From NCBI GenBank assembly GCA_964057225.1, contig OZ059900.1, positions 23,188,001-23,252,000 of the forward strand: a DNA stretch of 64,000 nucleotides, given 5' to 3'. How positions within the stretch are numbered: the stretch's first letter is position 1; each line of letters starts with the position of its first letter. The position numbers and the translations under genes are program-made. The notes beneath the pieces were generated by a model, which saw only the letters and a program-made list of their open reading frames with translations, searched no databases and was not told where the DNA came from. This DNA is from Auanema rhodensis. Taxonomy: Eukaryota > Animalia > Nematoda. Shown here in pieces: positions 54,234 to 64,000 of the stretch.

Positions 54234-57200
54234 TTGTACGAACAATTTTGAGCTAGGTTTCATTGACATTGCATGAGTTTGAACACATGAAATCGTAAGT
54301 CAAAACCTTGTTTACAGCGAAATTTCCAAAAACTGGTTTTCCAGCATAATAAAATATTTCTCGTGGGAAATACTGTGTTTTTGTATTTTTCTAGTGTTCA
54401 GCATGTAAAATGCTTCATTTTAGTATGTAACACGCTGAAATTCGTTGCATTTGACGACTCATATGAACAAAAATCGATTTAATCAATATTAACCATAAGG
54501 GGCGTGCCCTCAGAATATGCTAATTTCCTTAATTTTCTAACCCCTGTTTTTTTGTCGTGAAAGTGGAACTAGACGTTGTACGAACAATTTTGAACTAGGT
54601 TTCATTGACATTGCATGAGTTTGAACACATGAAATCGTAAGTCAAAACCTTGTTTACAGCGAAATTTCCAAAAACTGATTTTCCAGCATAATAAAATATT
54701 TCTCATGGGAAATACTGTGTTTTTGTATTTTTCTAGTGTTCAGCATGTAAAATGCTTCATTTTAGTATGTAACACGCTGAAATTCGTTGCATTTGACGAC
54801 TCATATGAACAAAAATCGATTTAATCAATATTAGCCATAAGGGGCGTGCCCTCAGAATATGCTAATTTCCTTAATTTTCTAACCCCTGTTTTTTTGTCGT
54901 GAAAGTGGAACTAGACGTTGTACGAACAATTTTGAGCTAGGTTTCATTGACATTGCATGAGTTTGAACACATGAAATCGTAAGTCAAAACCTTGTTTACA
55001 GCGAAATTTCCAAAAACTGGTTTTCCAGCATAATAAAATATTTCTCATGGGAAATACTGTGTTTTTGTCTTTTTCTAGTGTTCAGCATGTAAAATGCTTC
55101 ATTTTAGTATGTAACACGCTGAAATTCGTTGCATTTGACGACTCATATGAACAAAAATCGATTTAATCAATATTAGCCATAAGGGGCGTGCCCTCAGAAT
55201 ATGCTAATTTCCCTAATTTTCTAACCCCTGTTTTTTTGTCGTGAAAGTGGAACTAGACGTTGTACGAACAATTTTGAGCTAGGTTTCATTGACATTGCAT
55301 GAGTTTGAACACATGAAATCGTAAGTCAAAACCTTGTTTACAGCGAAATTTCCAAAAACTGGTTTTCCAGCCTAATAAAATATTTCTCATGGGAAATACT
55401 GTGTTTTTGTATTTTTCTAGTGTTCAGCATGTAAAATGCTTCATTTTAGTATGTAACACGCTGAAATTCGTTGCATTTGACGACTCATATGAACAAAAAT
55501 CGATTTAATCAATATTAGCCATAAGGGGCGTGCCCTCAGAATATGCTAATTTCCTTAATTTTCTAACCCCTGTTTTTTTGTCGTGAAAGTGGAACTAGAC
55601 GTTGTACGAACAATTTTGAGCTAGGTTTCATTGACATTGCATGAGTTTGAACACATGAAATCGTAAGTCAAAACCTTGTTTACAGCGAAATTTCCAAAAA
55701 CTGGTTTTCCAGCATAATAAAATATTTCTCATGGGAAATACTGTGTTTTTGTATTTTTCTAGTGTTCAGCATGTAAAATGCTTCATTTTAGTATGTAACA
55801 CGCTGAAATTCGTTGCATTTGACGACTCATATGAACAAAAATCGATTTAATCAATATTAGCCATAAGGGGCGTGCCCTCAGAATATGCTAATTTCCTTAA
55901 TTTTCTAACCCCTGTTTTTTTGTCGTGAAAGTGAAACTAGACGTTGTACGAACAATTTTGAGCTAGGTTTCATTGACATTGCATGAGTTTGAACACATGA
56001 AATCGTAAGTCAAAACCTTGTTTACAGCGAAATTTCCAAAAACTGGTTTTCCAGCATAATAAAATATTTCTCATGGGAAATACTGTGTTTTTGTACTTTT
56101 CTAGTGTTCAGCATGTAAAATGCTTCATTTTAGTATGTAACACGCTGAAATTCGTTGCATTTGACGACTCATATGAACAAAAATCGATTTAATCAATATT
56201 AGCCATAAGGGGCGTGCCCTCAGAATATGCTAATTTCCTTAATTTTCTAACCCCTGTTTTTTTGTCGTGAAAGTGGAACTAGACGTTGTACGAACAATTT
56301 TGAGCTAGGTTTCATTGACATTGCATGAGTTTGAACACATGAAATCGTAAGTCAAAACCTTGTTTACAGCGAAATTTCCAAAAACTGGTTTTCCAGCATA
56401 ATAAAATATTTCTCGTGGGAAATACTGTGTTTTTGTATTTTTCTAGTGTTCAGCATGTAAAATGCTTCATTTTAGTATGTAACACGCTGAAATTCGTTGC
56501 ATTTGACGACTCATATGAACAAAAATCGATTTAATCAATATTAGCCATAAGGGGCGTGCCCTCAGAATATGCTAATTTCCTTAATTTTCTAACCCCTGTT
56601 TTTTTGTCGTGAAAGTGGAACTAGACGTTGTACGAACAATTTTGAGCTAGGTTTCATTTACATTGCATGAGTTTGAACACATGAAATCGTAAGTCAAAAC
56701 CTTGTTTACAGCGAAATTTCCAAAAACTGGTTTTCCAGCATAATAAAATATTTCTCATGGGAAATACTGTGTTTTTGTATTTTTCTAGTGTTCAGCATGT
56801 AAAATGCTTCATTTTAGTATGTAACACGCTGAAATTCGTTGCATTTGACGACTCATATGAACAAAAATCGATTTAATCAATATTAGCCATAAGGGGCGTG
56901 CCCTCAGAATATGCTAATTTCCTTAATTTTCTAACCCCTGTTTTTTTGTCGTGAAAGTGGAACTAGACGTTGTACGAACAATTTTGAGCTAGGTTTCATT
57001 GACATTGCATGAGTTTGAACACATGAAATCGTAAGTCAAAACCTTGTTTACAGCGAAATTTCCAAAAACTGGTTTTCCAGCATAATAAAATATTTCTCGT
57101 GGGAAATACTGTGTTTTTGTATTTTTCTAGTGTTCAGCATGTAAAATGCTTCATTTTAGTATGTAACACGCTGAAATTCGTTGCATTTGACGACTCATAT

Positions 57201-58679
57201 GAACAAAAATCGATTTAATCAATATTAGCCATAAGGGGCGTGCCCTCAGAATATGCTAATTTCCTTAATTTTCTAACCCCTGTTTTTTTGTCGTGAAAGT
57301 GGAACTAGACTTTGTACGAACAATTTTGAGCTAGGTTTCATTTACATTGCATGAGTTTGAACACATGAAATCGTAAGTCAAAACCTTGTTTACAGCGAAA
57401 TTTCCAAAAACTGGTTTTCCAGCATAATAAAATATTTCTCATGGGAAATACTGTGTTTTTGTATTTTTCTAGTGTTCAGCATGTAAAATGCTTCATTTTA
57501 GTATGTAACACGCTGAAATTCGTTGCATTTGACGACTCATATGAACAAAAATCGATTTAATCAATATTAGCCATAAGGGGCGTGCCCTCAGAATATGCTA
57601 ATTTCCTTAATTTTCTAACCCCTGTTTTTTTGTCGTGAAAGTGGAACTAGACGTTGTACGAACAATTTTTAGCTAGGTATCATTGACATTGCATGAGTTT
57701 GAACACATGAAATCGTAAGTCAAAACCTTGTTTACAGCGAAATTTCCAAAAACTGGTTTTCCAGCAGAATAAAATATTTCTCGTGGGAAATACTGTGTTT
57801 TTGTATTTTTCTAGTGTTCAGCATGTAAAATGCTTCATTTTAGTATGTAACACGCTGAAATTCGTTGCATTTGACGACTCATATGAACAAAAATCGATTT
57901 AATCAATATTAGCCATAAGGGGCGTGCCCTCAGAATATGCTAATTTCCTTAATTTTCTAACCCCTGTTTTTTTGTCGTGAAAGTGGAACTAGACGTTGTA
58001 CGAACAATTTTGAGCTAGGTTTCATTGACATTGCATGAGTTTGAACACATGAAATCGTAAGTCAAAACCTTGTTTACAGCGAAATTTCCAAAAACTGGTT
58101 TTCCAGCATAATAAAATATTTCTCATGGGAAATACTGTGTTTTTGTATTTTTCTAGTGTTCAGCATGTAAAATGCTTCATTTTAGTATGTAACACGCTGA
58201 AATTCGTTGCATTTGACGACTCATATGAACAAAAATCGATTTAATCAATATTAGCCATAAGGGGCGTGCCCTCAGAATATGCTAATTTCCTTAATTTTCT
58301 AACCCCTGTTTTTTTGTCGTGAAAGTGGAACTAGACGTTGTACGAACAATTTTGAGCTAGGTTTCATTGACATTGCATGAGTTTGAACACATGAAATCGT
58401 AAGTCAAAACCTTGTTTACAGCGAAATTTCCAAAAACTGGTTTTCCAGCATAATAAAATATTTCTCATGGGAAATACTGTGTTTTTGTATTTTTCTAGTG
58501 TTCAGCATGTAAAATGCTTCATTTTAGTATGTAACACGCTGAAATTCGTTGCATTTGACGACTCATATGAACAAAAATCGATTTAATCAATATTAGCCAT
58601 AAGGGGCGTGCCCTCAGAATATGCTAATTTCCTTAATTTTCTAACCCCTGTTTTTTTGTCGTGAAAGTGGAACTAGACG

Positions 58680-59016
58680 TTGTACGAACAATTTTGAGCT
58701 AGGTTTCATTGACATTGCATGAGTTTGAACACATGAAATCGTAAGTCAAAACCTTGTTTACAGCGAAATTTCCAAAAACTGGTTTTCCAGCATAATAAAA
58801 TATTTCTCATGGGAAATACTGTGTTTTTGTATTTTTCTAGTGTTCAGCATGTAAAATGCTTCATTTTAGTATGTAACACGCTGAAATTCGTTTGACGACT
58901 CATATGAACAAAAATCGATTTAATCAATATTAGCCATAAGGGGCGTGCCCTCAGAATATGCTAATTTCCTTAATTTTCTAACCCCTGTTTTTTTGTCGTG
59001 AAAGTGGAACTAGACG
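58680..59016 (+). repeat. 337-bp monomer with a 5-bp deletion at monomer ~212-218
   Basis: TTCGTTTGAC at ~58888-58896 replaces consensus TTCGTTGCATTTGAC, with TT microhomology. Confidence 0.93.
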
Positions 59017-62000
59017 TTGTACGAACAATTTTTAGCTAGGTTTCATTGACATTGCATGAGTTTGAACACATGAAATCGTAAGTCAAAACCTTGTTTACAG
59101 CGAAATTTCCAAAAACTGGTTTTCCAGCAGAATAAAATATTTCTCGTGGGAAATACTGTGTTTTTGTATTTTTCTAGTGTTCAGCATGTAAAATGCTTCA
59201 TTTTAGTATGTAACACGCTGAAATTCGTTGCATTTGACGACTCATATGAACAAAAATCGATTTAATCAATATTAGCCATAAGGGGCGTGCCCTCAGAATA
59301 TGCTAATTTCCTTAATTTTCTAACCCCTGTTTTTTTGTCGTGAAAGTGGAACTAGACGTTGTACGAACAATTTTGAGCTAGGTTTCATTGACATTGCATG
59401 AGTTTGAACACATGAAATCGTAAGTCAAAACCTTGTTTACAGCGAAATTTCCAAAAACTGGTTTTCCAGCATAATAAAATATTTCTCATGGGAAATACTG
59501 TGTTTTTGTATTTTTCTAGTGTTCAGCATGTAAAATGCTTCATTTTAGTATGTAACACGCTGAAATTCGTTGCATTTGACGACTCATATGAACAAAAATC
59601 GATTTAATCAATATTAGCCATAAGGGGCGTGCCCTCAGAATATGCTAATTTCCTTAATTTTCTAACCCCTGTTTTTTTGTCGTGAAAGTGGAACTAGACG
59701 TTGTACGAACAATTTTGAGCTAGGTTTCATTGACATTGCATGAGTTTGAACACATGAAATCGTAAGTCAAAACCTTGTTTACAGCGAAATTTCCAAAAAC
59801 TGGTTTTCCAGCATAATAAAATATTTCTCATGGGAAATACTGTGTTTTTGTACTTTTCTAGTGTTCAGCATGTAAAATGCTTCATTTTAGTATGTAACAC
59901 GCTGAAATTCGTTGCATTTGACGACTCATATGAACAAAAATCGATTTAATCAATATTAGCCATAAGGGGCGTGCCCTCAGAATATGCTAATTTCCTTAAT
60001 TTTCTAACCCCTGTTTTTTTGTCGTGAAAGTGGAACTAGACGTTGTACGAACAATTTTGAGCTAGGTTTCATTGACATTGCATGAGTTTGAACACATGAA
60101 ATCGTAAGTCAAAACCTTGTTTACAGCGAAATTTCCAAAAACTGGTTTTCCAGCATAATAAAATATTTCTCGTGGGAAATACTGTGTTTTTGTATTTTTC
60201 TAGTGTTCAGCATGTAAAATGCTTCATTTTAGTATGTAACACGCTGAAATTCGTTGCATTTGACGACTCATATGAACAAAAATCGATTTAATCAATATTA
60301 GCCATAAGGGGCGTGCCCTCAGAATATGCTAATTTCCTTAATTTTCTAACCCCTGTTTTTTTGTCGTGAAAGTGGAACTAGACTTTGTACGAACAATTTT
60401 GAGCTAGGTTTCATTTACATTGCATGAGTTTGAACACATGAAATCGTAAGTCAAAACCTTGTTTACAGCGAAATTTCCAAAAACTGGTTTTCCAGCATAA
60501 TAAAATATTTCTCATGGGAAATACTGTGTTTTTGTATTTTTCTAGTGTTCAGCATGTAAAATGCTTCATTTTAGTATGTAACACGCTGAAATTCGTTGCA
60601 TTTGACGACTCATATGAACAAAAATCGATTTAATCAATATTAGCCATAAGGGGCGTGCCCTCAGAATATGCTAATTTCCTTAATTTTCTAACCCCTGTTT
60701 TTTTGTCGTGAAAGTGGAACTAGACGTTGTACGAACAATTTTTAGCTAGGTTTCATTGACATTGCATGAGTTTGAACACATGAAATCGTAAGTCAAAACC
60801 TTGTTTACAGCGAAATTTCCAAAAACTGGTTTTCCAGCAGAATAAAATATTTCTCGTGGGAAATACTGTGTTTTTGTATTTTTCTAGTGTTCAGCATGTA
60901 AAATGCTTCATTTTAGTATGTAACACGCTGAAATTCGTTGCATTTGACGACTCATATGAACAAAAATCGATTTAATCAATATTAGCCATAAGGGGCGTGC
61001 CCTCAGAATATGCTAATTTCCTTAATTTTCTAACCCCTGTTTTTTTGTCGTGAAAGTGGAACTAGACGTTGTACGAACAATTTTGAGCTAGGTTTCATTG
61101 ACATTGCATGAGTTTGAACACATGAAATCGTAAGTCAAAACCTTGTTTACAGCGAAATTTCCAAAAACTGGTTTTCCAGCATAATAAAATATTTCTCATG
61201 GGAAATACTGTGTTTTTGTATTTTTCTAGTGTTCAGCATGTAAAATGCTTCATTTTAGTATGTAACACGCTGAAATTCGTTGCATTTGACGACTCATATG
61301 AACAAAAATCGATTTAATCAATATTAGCCATAAGGGGCGTGCCCTCAGAATATGCTAATTTCCTTAATTTTCTAACCCCTGTTTTTTTGTCGTGAAAGTG
61401 GAACTAGACGTTGTACGAACAATTTTGAGCTAGGTTTCATTGACATTGCATGAGTTTGAACACATGAAATCGTAAGTCAAAACCTTGTTTACAGCGAAAT
61501 TTCCAAAAACTGGTTTTCCAGCATAATAAAATATTTCTCATGGGAAATACTGTGTTTTTGTATTTTTCTAGTGTTCAGCATGTAAAATGCTTCATTTTAG
61601 TATGTAACACGCTGAAATTCGTTGCATTTGACGACTCATATGAACAAAAATCGATTTAATCAATATTAGCCATAAGGGGCGTGCCCTCAGAATATGCTAA
61701 TTTCCTTAATTTTCTAACCCCTGTTTTTTTGTCGTGAAAGTGGAACTAGACGTTGTACGAACAATTTTGAGCTAGGTTTCATTGACATTGCATGAGTTTG
61801 AACACATGAAATCGTAAGTCAAAACCTTGTTTACAGCGAAATTTCCAAAAACTGGTTTTCCAGCATAATAAAATATTTCTCATGGGAAATACTGTGTTTT
61901 TGTATTTTTCTAGTGTTCAGCATGTAAAATGCTTCATTTTAGTATGTAACACGCTGAAATTCGTTGCATTTGACGACTCATATGAACAAAAATCGATTTA

Positions 62001-64000
62001 ATCAATATTAGCCATAAGGGGCGTGCCCTCAGAATATGCTAATTTCCTTAATTTTCTAACCCCTGTTTTTTTGTCGTGAAAGTGGAACTAGACGTTGTAC
62101 GAACAATTTTGAGCTAGGTTTCATTGACATTGCATGAGTTTGAACACATGAAATCGTAAGTCAAAACCTTGTTTACAGCGAAATTTCCAAAAACTGGTTT
62201 TCCAGCATAATAAAATATTTCTCATGGGAAATACTGTGTTTTTGTATTTTTCTAGTGTTCAGCATGTAAAATGCTTCATTTTAGTATGTAACACGCTGAA
62301 ATTCGTTGCATTTGACGACTCATATGAACAAAAATCGATTTAATCAATATTAGCCATAAGGGGCGTGCCCTCAGAATATGCTAATTTCCTTAATTTTCTA
62401 ACCCCTGTTTTTTTGTCGTGAAAGTGGAACTAGACGTTGTACGAACAATTTTGAGCTAGGTTTCATTGACATTGCATGAGTTTGAACACATGAAATCGTA
62501 AGTCAAAACCTTGTTTACAGCGAAATTTCCAAAAACTGGTTTTCCAGCATAATAAAATATTTCTCATGGGAAATACTGTGTTTTTGTATTTTTCTAGTGT
62601 TCAGCATGTAAAATGCTTCATTTTAGTATGTAACACGCTGAAATTCGTTGCATTTGACGACTCATATGAACAAAAATCGATTTAATCAATATTAGCCATA
62701 AGGGGCGTGCCCTCAGAATATGCTAATTTCCTTAATTTTCTAACCCCTGTTTTTTTGTCGTGAAAGTGGAACTAGACGTTGTACGAACAATTTTGAGCTA
62801 GGTTTCATTGACATTGCATGAGTTTGAACACATGAAATCGTAAGTCAAAACCTTGTTTACAGCGAAATTTCCAAAAACTGGTTTTCCAGCATAATAAAAT
62901 ATTTCTCATGGGAAATACTGTGTTTTTGTATTTTTCTAGTGTTCAGCATGTAAAATGCTTCATTTTAGTATGTAACACGCTGAAATTCGTTGCATTTGAC
63001 GACTCATATGAACAAAAATCGATTTAATCAATATTAGCCATAAGGGGCGTGCCCTCAGAATATGCTAATTTCCTTAATTTTCTAACCCCTGTTTTTTTGT
63101 CGTGAAAGTGGAACTAGACGTTGTACGAACAATTTTGAGCTAGGTTTCATTGACATTGCATGAGTTTGAACACATGAAATCGTAAGTCAAAACCTTGTTT
63201 ACAGCGAAATTTCCAAAAACTGGTTTTCCAGCATAATAAAATATTTCTCATGGGAAATACTGTGTTTTTGTATTTTTCTAGTGTTCAGCATGTAAAATGC
63301 TTCATTTTAGTATGTAACACGCTGAAATTCGTTGCATTTGACGACTCATATGAACAAAAATCGATTTAATCAATATTAGCCATAAGGGGCGTGCCCTCAG
63401 AATATGCTAATTTCCTTAATTTTCTAACCCCTGTTTTTTTGTCGTGAAAGTGAAACTAGACGTTGTACGAACAATTTTGAGCTAGGTTTCATTGACATTG
63501 CATGAGTTTGAACACATGAAATCGTAAGTCAAAACCTTGTTTACAGCGAAATTTCCAAAAACTGGTTTTCCAGCATAATAAAATATTTCTCATGGGAAAT
63601 ACTGTGTTTTTGTACTTTTCTAGTGTTCAGCATGTAAAATGCTTCATTTTAGTATGTAACACGCTGAAATTCGTTGCATTTGACGACTCATATGAACAAA
63701 AATCGATTTAATCAATATTAGCCATAAGGGGCGTGCCCTCAGAATATGCTAATTTCCTTAATTTTCTAACCCCTGTTTTTTTGTCGTGAAAGTGGAACTA
63801 GACGTTGTACGAACAATTTTGAGCTAGGTTTCATTGACATTGCATGAGTTTGAACACATGAAATCGTAAGTCAAAACCTTGTTTACAGCGAAATTTCCAA
63901 AAACTGGTTTTCCAGCATAATAAAATATTTCTCGTGGGAAATACTGTGTTTTTGTATTTTTCTAGTGTTCAGCATGTAAAATGCTTCATTTTAGTATGTA

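Larger units (their letters stand above)
1..64000. repeat. 342-bp tandem satellite DNA array (~187 monomers), probably (peri)centromeric heterochromatin
   Basis: The unit TTGTAC(A/G)AACAATTTTGAGCTAGG...GTGGAACTAGACG recurs at 1, 343, 685, 1027 and onward to 63805. The only non-monomer sequence is a 4-nt junction filler. About 115/342 bases are G+C, with many A/T tracts. The array runs off both window ends. The centromeric role is inferred from monomer size and homogeneity only. Confidence 0.99.
47111..64000 (+). repeat. Right block, monomers in forward orientation (~49 copies)
   Basis: Resumes at monomer position 60 (TCGTAAGTCAAAACC) and continues to the window end. Confidence 0.98.

Noticed and set aside
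1-64000. CRISPR array or repeat-spacer system
   Set aside because: There are no unique spacers and no cas or other genes. The entire 342-bp unit is repeated.

Overview
The whole 64 kb is one AT-rich tandem satellite array: about 187 copies of a 342-bp monomer, about 34% GC by hand count, with copies typically differing at only a few sites. This looks like eukaryotic centromeric or pericentromeric heterochromatin. I find no supportable gene, RNA gene, transposon or CRISPR array, and no new gene system. The single 65-aa ORF results from one stop-codon substitution in one monomer. The interest lies in the architecture. (1) An 8,226-bp inverted block (38885-47110) has non-reciprocal junctions, and its diagnostic variants mirror the left flank, which fits a fold-back inverted duplication better than a simple inversion. 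(2) Nested higher-order repeats occur at 3-, 4-, 5-, 7- and 33-monomer scales, including an 11.28-kb near-perfect tandem duplication. (3) Variant domains have sharp boundaries at about 31.45 kb and 54.9 kb. (4) Three rearrangement breakpoints fall in the same ~10 bp of the monomer, inside a partial CENP-B-box-like motif next to an imperfect hairpin. (5) The monomer appears to be an ancient dimer of ~171-bp subunits. All comparisons were made by eye and need confirming by alignment. I cannot assign species or satellite family. Monomer positions below are numbered as in the first copy (window 1-342).
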